This document shows, in pieces, positions 9,818 through 18,051 of a stretch of 32,000 nt of DNA. The notes beneath the pieces are model-generated. The model was not told the origin of the DNA. It was given only the letters and a program-made list of their open reading frames with translations, and did no database searches. This DNA is from Tannockella kyphosi (GTDB taxonomy: Bacteria > Bacillota_I > Bacilli_A > Erysipelotrichales > Coprobacillaceae). The stretch is from the NCBI RefSeq assembly GCF_021054785.1, contig NZ_CP088239.1, positions 120,001-152,000 of the forward strand. Direction: 5' to 3'. The first letter of the stretch is position 1. Every line of letters starts with the position of its first letter. A program made the translations under genes and the position numbers.

Positions 9818-10459
9818 ATGGAAGCAGGATTTCTAATTAGTGCAACATTAGTTGCACTAGTAATAAGTTTTATTGAGTTTAAGATTATGAAGGAACAAGG
9901 TTCTACATTAGTTATTAGTGCATTTTTTGTCACTGTTTATACTAATTTACCAAAATATCTTGGGATAGATGAAACTATAACATTGTATTGTGTACTGATA
10001 CTTGGAATTAATGCGGTAATGAACATGATTATCTATCATCACAGGAGAAATCGAAGTATACAAAACGGAACCAGTGATGAAGAAATAATAAAGACTTTTG
10101 GCGTGGATAATAATCGTTATCTCATTATTATGAAGCTCGTATGGATTGTGATTTTTATTCATTTGATTACAGTAATGTATGAAGGAAGTGAAACTTTAAG
10201 ATATATATTTGTGATAATTATGCTATCAAGTATGATAATTAGAGAATTGATGCTTAAAAACAAATATTTGTATATGTTAGTTATAGAGGATGTAGCAATG
10301 GTGATTTATATAGTTTACTTCTTAGCGCCTACAGGAGAGTTGGCTCCAGTAGCAATTTCTATTCAATTAATCTTAGCGCATATTCCATTCTTTTTTACAG
10401 ACGAATTAAATGATAAGATAAATAGTAAGTTATTAAATTTCAGTAAAAAAAGAAAGTGA
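9818..10459 (+). CDS. multi-pass membrane protein, unknown function (213 aa)
   Basis: GAAGGAG lies upstream of the ATG. Six or so hydrophobic segments. A paralog fragment is at 8368..8683. Confidence 0.65.
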   Translation: MEAGFLISATLVALVISFIEFKIMKEQGSTLVISAFFVTVYTNLPKYLGIDETITLYCVLILGINAVMNMIIYHHRRNRSIQNGTSDEEIIKTFGVDNNRYLIIMKLVWIVIFIHLITVMYEGSETLRYIFVIIMLSSMIIRELMLKNKYLYMLVIEDVAMVIYIVYFLAPTGELAPVAISIQLILAHIPFFFTDELNDKINSKLLNFSKKRK

Positions 10460-10542
10460 ATGATAATTAAGTGTGCAAGATTTATTATGGTAATGAAGTT
10501 GTGAAGTGTGTCAAGTTATTTTTTACTGCTTAAGTCGTAGAA

Positions 10543-10793
10543 TAATATAAAGTTATTAGCATCTTTAACTAGGATTAGTTTCTGTCTAAACAGGAGCCAA
10601 TCCTTTTTATGTTCCTAATAATTAGGACAATGCACACCTATCTTATCTTACTCATATAGTAAGTGAGGAGATAGGAAATGTTAGTATTGTTAATTAGCGG
10701 ACATGGTGCAGGCACTTGACCCTAGTTCTAAAATTATCTAGAAAACCTCTGTTTTATATAGAAAAAACAGTATTTTAACATACATAAAAACAG
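10543..10793 (+). repeat. cassette-boundary repeat R1 (full length: terminator hairpin, leader, 13-codon mini-ORF, conserved right half)
   Basis: The left half aligns with 31088-31234 (amidase upstream region and first codons). It carries hairpin GGATTAGTTTCTGT/ACAGGAGCCAATCC plus T-run (10572-10610), palindrome CCTAATAATTAGG (10614-10626) and mini-ORF ATG 10678 to TGA 10719 (MLVLLISGHGAGT). The right half TGCAGGCACTTGACCCTAGTTCTAAAATTATCTAGAAAACC... is shared with R2-R5. Confidence 0.9.
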
Positions 10794-10934
10794 TCTGTTT
10801 TATAGGATTTATATGAATGAAAAAAATATTTGCTATGAAGGCTATGAAGTATAGGGTATCTTAGCTGTAGATGATAATATCTTTGAATATATGTCATTGA
10901 TTACCTTAAAAATTATAAAATAAATATTTTTAAT

Positions 10935-10972
10935 AAACTAGACAAGAGGTGTCGTGTTTACCTTGATATACT
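10935..10972 (+). promoter_or_regulatory. palindromic operator plus extended -10 promoter (copy B)
   Basis: AAACTAGACA-N5-TGTCGTGTTT (10935-10959), then 7 nt later TATACT (10967-10972) with TG (TGaTATACT). Paralogous to 8797-8834. Confidence 0.5.
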
Positions 10973-11357
10973 GTATTTATAGAATTTAATGAATCTCTTA
11001 CATAATATTAAATTAAAAGCTTCATTTTGAGTCTTGCAGTAAGCTCATCGTCAGGCTAATTGTGATAAGTTAAGAAAGCCTTTAAATTACTTGTCAAGAA
11101 AGGCGTGTAATAAAAAATAGAAAGTAGTAATGTAAATTGACGAATGGGTCAGTGTCTATTTTTCATATAAACAAAAAATGCCAAAAATTAACCTAATCTT
11201 TGAGATGGGGATCAGCCAAATTATATATAAATTTCAATATTGTATTGATTAGATTAAAGTGTATGGATTTATCAAAAATTGTTGGTATGCTTACAAAGCA
11301 TGTTCAATATCATTGGTTAATGAAACACTTTATACTTAATGGAAGGAAACTTAAATA

Positions 11358-12119
11358 ATGAAAACAAAAATGATATTTTTTATTCTTTTGTTTGGGTTGT
11401 TGATATCGAACATTAGTATGTTACCGACAAATGCTCGTTGTTTCGATAGTGACTTTGTATTTGATGAAGAATATACAGTAACAGATGCACTATACGATTA
11501 TCAAAGTGGGGATTTACAACCTAGATATAATACAATTAGTAAAGAAGATATTGAGATAGGAATTAGTGGTTTACATAATCTAAATACTTCGAGTAGTTCA
11601 CGTATAGGCGGGTATACCTGGAAAATGATAAGAATGTCTACTCATTCTAGCTACGGTATTCTTAGAGGTAATTGTTTTAAAAAAGTGGAAGCGGGTGTAA
11701 CAACTTCAAAGTCTGTTAATGCATCTTTTTCTATTAGTGGAAAAATAAAGGGAGTTGAATTAACTGGATCTTTCAACTTCTCGACGTCATTTACCTATAA
11801 TGGTCCCAATGGAACAGAATCAGTTGGACACAAAAAAGCAACTCATAGATTATATTCTAGTATTGCTTATGGTAAAATTATGAAGTATGACTATGTTTAC
11901 AAGGATAAGTATACTGGCCATATAGCTAAAACAAAAACAGAATATTATATTACAAATCAATCAGTTCAAAAGTACAGCAATTTAGTTTATATTAATCCAA
12001 CAGATCTTAGTTTAATAGTGAGAAGTAGTGGAAGTAGTAACATAGAAAGTCATAAAAGTGAAGACAGTTTTACAAGCAAAATTAATTCAACATCTCCAGC
12101 CAAGTATATTGACTTTTAA
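11358..12119 (+). CDS. secreted beta-rich protein, unknown function (253 aa)
   Basis: GGAAGGA SD. Signal peptide MKTKMIFFILLFGLLISNISMLPTNA. The mature part is S/T/G/N-rich with an alternating polar/hydrophobic stretch SVNASFSISGKIKGVELTGSFNFSTSFTY. Confidence 0.7.
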   Translation: MKTKMIFFILLFGLLISNISMLPTNARCFDSDFVFDEEYTVTDALYDYQSGDLQPRYNTISKEDIEIGISGLHNLNTSSSSRIGGYTWKMIRMSTHSSYGILRGNCFKKVEAGVTTSKSVNASFSISGKIKGVELTGSFNFSTSFTYNGPNGTESVGHKKATHRLYSSIAYGKIMKYDYVYKDKYTGHIAKTKTEYYITNQSVQKYSNLVYINPTDLSLIVRSSGSSNIESHKSEDSFTSKINSTSPAKYIDF

Positions 12120-12353
12120 ATGAAAAGAATAGATTTTTATTTTGTTACTTCACTTATTTCATTTATTCTGTGCTTGGGTTTCACAAATAATATAATTACT
12201 AGTATTTCAGGATATTTTTACTTTTTGATTAATGAACCAGACATTTTCATGTTACTATCAGCAGTATTTTTATTCTTCGCTGTAGCCGGGTTATTTAAAA
12301 TTATTGTTGATAAAAGAAAATATGTTTCAAAAAAAACAAATAACAATAACTAA
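12120..12353 (+). CDS. small two-TM membrane protein (77 aa)
   Basis: The ATG immediately follows the TAA of the upstream gene (TAAATG). Two hydrophobic helices and a basic C-terminal tail. Confidence 0.55.
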   Translation: MKRIDFYFVTSLISFILCLGFTNNIITSISGYFYFLINEPDIFMLLSAVFLFFAVAGLFKIIVDKRKYVSKKTNNNN

Positions 12354-12908
12354 TCAATTGTGAGACTGTAGAAATAAAGTTTACACTTCCTAAGTGTGCC
12401 AGGCATGGTATACATCTAAGTGGTGAAAGTCCACCGTGGGGGAATAGTCGCCAACCACTAGTCGAAGTCAAGGGTGTCCATCGTGAGGCGGAATCTGAAG
12501 GAAGAATTAGACAAAACTCTGGTCTTAGGAACACGAACTATATCAGGCAGGAGATAAGAGACAAGTGTGCTTAACAACACAAAATCTAACAGACTATGAA
12601 GTACTTATCTAATGTAAATATGGAAGATATATGGAGGGAAAGATGTATAGCCTTACCCTGGGAGGTCTCACAAGCGAGAAAGTAGTAACAACGAATTGTG
12701 AGAAGTCAGCCGAGGTCGTAGTAGTGAGGAAGTACCTGTAATGGGTATGGAGCAAAGGACTGAACAGATTTATCAGTTAAAGAACTGTCAAATTGCACCG
12801 GTATGTGTAACTCGAGGACAAGAGTGAAACTAGAATAGTGAGTAAACAAGAACGGAGGAAAGCTATAAGTCAACATACAGGAAACGAAAGGAAGGGAAGT
12901 AACGAAAT

Positions 12909-13596
12909 ATGGAAACAGAAAGAAATGAATTACTTAATCAACTGCTTAGTGAAGAAAATATGATAGAAGCATATAAGCAAGTCAAACGAAATAGAGGAGC
13001 TAGTGGAATAGATGGTATGGAAGTAACTGAGTTAAAGGAATACCTAGAAGAACACGGCGAAGAAATTAAAGAAGAGATAAGGACAAGGAGATATAAACCT
13101 AGTCCGGTAAGAAGGGTAGAAATACCAAAAGAGAATGGTGGAGTAAGATTACTTGGAATACCAACAGTAAAAGATAGAATGGTACAACAAATGATAGTGC
13201 AAGTATTAACACCAATCTATGAACCGATATTTAGTGAACATAGCTATGGGTTCAGACCGGGTAGAAACTGTGAAATGGCAATCATAAAAGTATTAGAGCA
13301 CATGAATGAAGGATTGCATTGGATAGTAGATATTGACTTAGAGAAATTCTTTGATAATGTTCACCATGATAAACTAATTCGACTAGTGAGTCAACAGGTA
13401 AAAGATGGTGATGTAATATCCCTAATTAGAAAATTCCTAAGAAGTGGAATCATGATTGATGACGAATATAAAGAATCAACAATCGGAACGCCACAGGGCG
13501 GAAATCTTAGTCCATTATTATCAAATATTATGCTTGATGTGTTGGATAAGGAATTAGAGGCAAGAGGACTTAATTTCGTAAGATATGCAGATGATG
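12909..13596 (+). CDS. group II intron 1 reverse transcriptase/maturase, 5' part (interrupted after the YADD motif)
   Basis: RT motifs GIPTVKDRMVQQ, YGFRPGRN, DIDLEKFFDNVHHD, GTPQGGNLSPLLSNIML, VRYADD. The listed tail GAPRKCA* (to 13619) is read-through into the inserted intron. Confidence 0.85.
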
Positions 13597-15463
13597 GTGC
13601 GCCACGAAAGTGTGCGTGAGTAACAAGAATTACTCAAGTATAACTAAGCTATACAAATGATGGTGGAAGACCCACCGAAATCGCCATGCAGGTGGAGGTT
13701 TCAAACTACCTTAAGGTGCTGTAGACAAAAGCTATGGTATTGAGCGTTAAGGAAAAGGCAGTGTAAAACTGTCAAGTATGTGTTATGGAGATGAGAAACC
13801 AAGCGAATCACTGATGAAAACATCGAAAGCGTATAGATTCCATCAAAACCAGGGGGTTGTCGTTAACCTGGGATAAGTGTAGAGGAAACCTGTTTACTGA
13901 CTACACGGTGGGCGGTGTAAAGGTGACATGAACATAACATAGGCGTTTGTATGGAACGTGGGAACCCACGGGCTGATGATAAGGGAGTACTACAAGTGGA
14001 AGAACCATAAGTAGAGAGTACCAATGCAGTCATGGGGACAGATTGAATTGTAGTAGTGAAGAAGCTTCTGTAATGGAAGTGGAGCGAAGGGTTCAAGTCA
14101 TTTAGTTTTGAGAATGAGTCAACTTTGAAAGGAGGAGGAACTTATGCAAGAAACCAAACCGTTTAATATTTCAAAACAAGCATTTGTGAAAGCATTTGAA
14201 CTAGTGAAAGCAAACAGAGGAACATATGGGATAGATAATATAACTATTGAAATGTTCGAAGCAGACTACAAGAATAACATGTATAAGCTTTGGAATAGAA
14301 TGTCATCAGGAACATATTTCCCAAAACCAGTAAAAGCAGTGGATATACCAAAGAAAAGTGGTGGGACAAGAACACTTGGAATACCAACAGTGGAAGATAG
14401 GATAGCACAAATGGTTGTAAAGTTATACTTCGAACCAAATGTAGAGAAAATCTTCTATGAAAATTCATATGGGTATCGACCAAATAAGTCTGCAATACAA
14501 GCTGTAGGGGTAACTAGGGAAAGGTGTTGGAGAAGAGACTGGGTATTAGAATTTGATATCAAAGGACTGTTTGACAACATAAGACATGACTATCTAATGG
14601 AAATGGTAGCAAGACATACCAAAGATGAATGGATAAAACTATACATACAAAGATGGCTTACAACACCATTCCAAAAAGAAGATGGAACAAAAATAGAAAG
14701 AAGATCTGGAACACCACAGGGTGGGGTAATCAGTCCAGTACTAGCGAATCTATTTTTGCACTATACTTTTGATGAGTATATGACAAAACAATTTCCTAAT
14801 ATTCCATGGGTGAGATATGCAGACGATGGAGTAACGCATTGTGTATCACTTAAACAAGCGCAGTACCTATTAAAGAAACTAGAAGAAAGATTTCAACTAC
14901 TAGGACTAGAATTAAACCTAGAGAAAACGAAAATAGTATATTGTAAAGATGATGACAGGAAAGAAGAGTATCCTAACGTATCATTTGATTTTCTAGGATA
15001 TACATTTCGAGCTAGAGGGAGTAAGAACAAGTATGGAAAATATTTTGTAAACTTCCTACCAGCTATAAGTGATAAAGCGAAGAAAGCAATTCGCAAAGAA
15101 GTAAGAAGTTGGAAAATACAATTTAAAGTAGATAAAAGTTTAGAAGATATAGCAAATATGTTCAATAAGAAAATCCAAGGTTGGATTAATTATTATGGAC
15201 ATTTCTATAAATCTGAAATGTACGATGTATTGAGATATATTAATAGACGTTTAATTTACTGGGTGCGAAGAAAGTACAAAAGGCGAAACTCAAACAGAAG
15301 AGCTGAAAGATGGTTAGGTGGTGTGGCAAGAAGAGACACCAGACTATTTGCACACTGGAAACTAGGAATATTACCGGCGATAAATGATGGGAGCCGTATG
15401 AGCTGAGAGGTTCACGTACGGTTCTGAGAGAGACTTAGGGGGAGGTTCCCTAGGTCTACTCAC
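13597..15463 (+). mobile_element. group II intron 2 (inner intron, inserted in the YADD codons of the intron 1 RT gene); junctions uncertain by 1 nt
   Basis: It starts GTGCGCCACGAAAGTGTGCG at 13597, directly after GAT GAT G of YADD. Domain V is GAGCCGTATGAG...CACGTACGGTTC (15395-15428) and overlaps the IEP stop. A domain VI-like helix follows and the intron ends ...CTACTCAC before TTGCAAATATTGGTAGG, which resumes the outer RT frame (LQILVGS). Confidence 0.8.
14144..15406 (+). CDS. group II intron 2 reverse transcriptase/maturase (420 aa, no obvious endonuclease domain)
   Basis: GGAGGAGG SD. RT motifs GIPTVEDRIAQ, YGYRPNKS, FDIKGLFDNIRHD, GTPQGGVISPVLANLFL, VRYADDGVTHC. Maturase X motif QGWINYYGHFY. 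The ORF ends inside domain V. Confidence 0.9.
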   Translation: MQETKPFNISKQAFVKAFELVKANRGTYGIDNITIEMFEADYKNNMYKLWNRMSSGTYFPKPVKAVDIPKKSGGTRTLGIPTVEDRIAQMVVKLYFEPNVEKIFYENSYGYRPNKSAIQAVGVTRERCWRRDWVLEFDIKGLFDNIRHDYLMEMVARHTKDEWIKLYIQRWLTTPFQKEDGTKIERRSGTPQGGVISPVLANLFLHYTFDEYMTKQFPNIPWVRYADDGVTHCVSLKQAQYLLKKLEERFQLLGLELNLEKTKIVYCKDDDRKEEYPNVSFDFLGYTFRARGSKNKYGKYFVNFLPAISDKAKKAIRKEVRSWKIQFKVDKSLEDIANMFNKKIQGWINYYGHFYKSEMYDVLRYINRRLIYWVRRKYKRRNSNRRAERWLGGVARRDTRLFAHWKLGILPAINDGSRMS

Positions 15464-16066
15464 TTGCAAATATTGGTAGGAAGTCAAAAAGCAGCAAATA
15501 GAGTAATAGAGAATGTGAGTAGGTACATAGAAAAGAAACTAGGATTAAAAGTAAATATGACAAAAAGCAAAGTCAACAAACCAGAGGGTACAAAATACCT
15601 AGGGTTTGGATTTTACTATGATAAACTTCAAAAGACCTATAAAGCGAAACCACATAAACTTTCTGTAGAAAAACTGAAAAGAAAACTGAAGCAACTTACA
15701 AGCCGGAATTGGGGAGTGAGCATGGACTACAGACTACTAAAGATAAAGCAATTGATAGTAGGATGGGTCAACTACTTTAGAATAGCGAGTTTTAAGAAAG
15801 TGTGCAAACAAATAGATGCACATACACGGTTTAGACTTAGAATGTGCATATGGAAACGATGGAAAAGAATAGGTACAAAATACAGAGCACTAATAAAACT
15901 AGGAGTAAACAAATATAAAGCATGGGAATGGGCGAATAGCAGAAAAGCATACGCACGAGTTGCCATGTCATATATCATGTGTAGAACGGTAACGAACGAT
16001 AGACTAAAGAAAAGAGGTCTAGTATCACTACTAGACCAGTATCAGTTAAAACATATTTTAGTATAA
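15464..16066 (+). CDS. group II intron 1 reverse transcriptase/maturase, 3' part (thumb/maturase X domain)
   Basis: LQILVGSQKAANRVIENVSRYIEKKLGLKVNMTKSKV continues the consensus that follows YADD in intron RTs. Maturase motif VGWVNYFRIA. It is in frame with 12909..13595/6 if 1868 nt are removed. Confidence 0.8.
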   Translation: MQILVGSQKAANRVIENVSRYIEKKLGLKVNMTKSKVNKPEGTKYLGFGFYYDKLQKTYKAKPHKLSVEKLKRKLKQLTSRNWGVSMDYRLLKIKQLIVGWVNYFRIASFKKVCKQIDAHTRFRLRMCIWKRWKRIGTKYRALIKLGVNKYKAWEWANSRKAYARVAMSYIMCRTVTNDRLKKRGLVSLLDQYQLKHILV

Positions 16067-16278
16067 ATTTGAACCGCCGTACACCGAACGGTACATACGG
16101 TGGTGTGAGAGGACGATAAATAAATTAATTATTTATCTCCTACTCGATTATAACCAAGCGCTTATATGTCACTCTAAAAGATAGTGGAGATTAAGGCGTT
16201 TAATTTGAAGTTAATATTGGGTAAAATGAACCCACCCAATTTATTGGATAGCCAATAGATAAGAGGTGTGGTTTTTTT

Positions 16279-17910
16279 GGCGCTTTAAAATCTAGCGGGG
16301 TTTAGCGTAAAAAAGCTTTAAAAAAGAGCGGGGATAATTTTCCCCGTTCTATTTTTAAAGCCAATGCGAACATAAATTACAGTTTTTTTATTTTTTCGAT
16401 TTTTTGTAGGGGCCCCTTGGTGATCCTACTCTTTTTATTCTGGTAGAATGTTCACTTATAGTATATGTTTCGTATAAGTTTTGAGAGTAGATGAACTTAT
16501 TTCGGGCTCTTTGGAAATTACTTAGCCCATTCCCGTTGCTTATGATCTTTTTGATATAGTTGTTTTTCCCTTCTATAGGTCCATTGGATAATCTTCGATT
16601 ATCTATCCAGTGAAAAGAATTTAATATCTCTACTTTCCAATTTTTTAAAGTGCTTGCACAGTCTATCATTTCTTGGATGTTGGATAGAAGCATCTTCTTG
16701 ATTAAAGAATCTAATTCTTGTTCTTTCTTTTCTCTGGAAACAAATGTAGTTGAGTCATCATCTTGAAAAGCAATAAACTCTTCTTTTATCTTATATGCGT
16801 TATGTAAAACATCGCTAATATTTAATAGCTCTCTTAGTAGTGCTGTTTTTGTGGTTGTATACTTTAGTAAGTAATCATAGTATAAATTCTCAAAGTCTAG
16901 AGTGTCCTTATTTTTTAATAGTATGTAATATCTACTTTTGAGCAGTTTATATTCTAATTTGTCTTTATCTTCACTAAAGGAACGCATAATACGTTTTCTC
17001 ACACTGTTCAAAGAATCAGTTACTTTTTTTGTTGCATGGAACGGATCAATAGAAATAACTGCATCGGGAAAGAAAATATGTGCTATATCAGCATAATTTT
17101 GATACATATCAATGATAATATATTTTACTTTCTCTCTTTCTTTTAAAGGAATACTAAAAAAATAGTTGGTTAAGTCTTCGTTCCATCTAGATTCTACTAT
17201 ATCAATAATATACTTTTTACGAAAATCCATGATCATAAAAGCGTATTTTTTTTCAGTATGTCGGTTGAAATAAAATTCATCCCAACAGAGTATATCGGTT
17301 AATTGTTTTCTAGGTATTTGAACATGTTTGTCAAAAATATCAACAACTGTACCAACAGAAACATGATACTTAGAAGCAATACTAGAATAGGTAGCTGTAT
17401 AAGGCTTCAAGTCATTTAATATATTAATGATAGTAGTAGGAGTTAGTGTTTTTCTACTGTTTCCAAAAGGATTAGGTTCAATAAAAGTTTTCTTACAGTG
17501 ATTGCATTTATAACGACGCTGACGATAGAATATAGTAGTGTCACAATGAATAATAACTTTATGTTTTAATTCTCTAGTTTTATAATCTTTTACAGTGCTT
17601 GTAATGGAACCACAGTGAGGACAGACTTGTTTTCTTTGTTTGAAAGTTACTAGGAAATCAGAATGATTTGATTGAACAACAGAATCAATGAATTGTATAT
17701 CTTGTGCTTTTAAATCTAAAAGATTAATGATAAAATCGTACATAGAATCTCCTTCCTTTTAATTTTGTTCGCAAACTAATTATAACAGGAGATTCTTTTT
17801 TTTGCCTAAAATCACCCCGCACTAGATTTAAAGCGCTAAATTTAAGTGAAAGAAAAGACCCCGACTTATATTTAAAGCCTAGGTCCTTCCCCGCGATAAT
17901 TTAATATACC
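16279..17910 (-). mobile_element. ISL3-family insertion sequence
   Basis: Terminal motif GGCGCTTTAAAATCTAGCGGGG (16279-16300) versus the reverse complement of 17889-17910 (GGTATATTAAATTATCGCGGGG). A better inner copy sits at 17815-17837, and each end carries three copies of a GCTTTAAA-N-CGGGG motif. Identical GTTTTTTT(G) abuts both ends (16271-16279 and 17911-17919), consistent with an 8-bp target duplication. Confidence 0.7.
16388..17743 (-). CDS. ISL3-family transposase (451 aa)
   Basis: N-terminal zinc-finger pairs CPHCGS...YKCNHCKK, a central DDE region (CWDEFYF..., IIDMYQNY) and C-terminal SNGPIEGKNNYIKKI, characteristic of ISL3 transposases. AGGAAGGAG SD. Confidence 0.85.
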   Translation of the reverse strand: MYDFIINLLDLKAQDIQFIDSVVQSNHSDFLVTFKQRKQVCPHCGSITSTVKDYKTRELKHKVIIHCDTTIFYRQRRYKCNHCKKTFIEPNPFGNSRKTLTPTTIINILNDLKPYTATYSSIASKYHVSVGTVVDIFDKHVQIPRKQLTDILCWDEFYFNRHTEKKYAFMIMDFRKKYIIDIVESRWNEDLTNYFFSIPLKEREKVKYIIIDMYQNYADIAHIFFPDAVISIDPFHATKKVTDSLNSVRKRIMRSFSEDKDKLEYKLLKSRYYILLKNKDTLDFENLYYDYLLKYTTTKTALLRELLNISDVLHNAYKIKEEFIAFQDDDSTTFVSREKKEQELDSLIKKMLLSNIQEMIDCASTLKNWKVEILNSFHWIDNRRLSNGPIEGKNNYIKKIISNGNGLSNFQRARNKFIYSQNLYETYTISEHSTRIKRVGSPRGPYKKSKK

Positions 17911-18051
17911 GTTTTTTTGTGGTAAAACTAAACAAAGAATTTAAAGTAAAGTTATATAAATGTAAGCGTCAAATAATAAAGCACTAGTTGTCCTATAAGT
18001 AATAGGATATACTAGTGCTATCTTTTAAAACAGTACAAAAAAGTCATATCT

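Larger units (their letters stand above)
12394..16148 (+). mobile_element. group II intron 1 (outer intron of a twintron); ends approximate to within a few nt
   Basis: 5' end GTGTGCCAGGCATGG...GGTGAAAGTCC is typical of bacterial group II introns, followed by a ~515-nt structured, GC-richer segment before the IEP ORF. After the ORF stop there is a domain V-like helix (AACCGCCGTA...TACGGTGGTG, 16071-16105), a domain VI-like helix (GACGATAAATAA...TTATTTATCTC) and the end TACTCGAT. The encoded RT ORF is split by a second intron. Confidence 0.8.

Noticed and set aside
13597-13619. C-terminal tail GAPRKCA* of ORF 12909..13619
   Set aside because: This is read-through into the 5' end (GTGCGCC...) of the inserted inner group II intron, not genuine coding sequence.
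12301-14096. Minus-strand ORFs 12301..12534 and 13863..14096
   Set aside because: They lie antisense within the structured, GC-richer 5' ribozyme segments of the two group II introns. They have no SD, and their composition (P/S/R/C-rich) is typical of spurious frames.
12909-16066. Retron or diversity-generating retroelement, given two reverse transcriptases
   Set aside because: Both RTs have group II intron maturase (X) motifs and are embedded in sequences with GUGYG 5' ends and domain V/VI helices. No template/variable repeat pair or msr/msd-like structure was seen.
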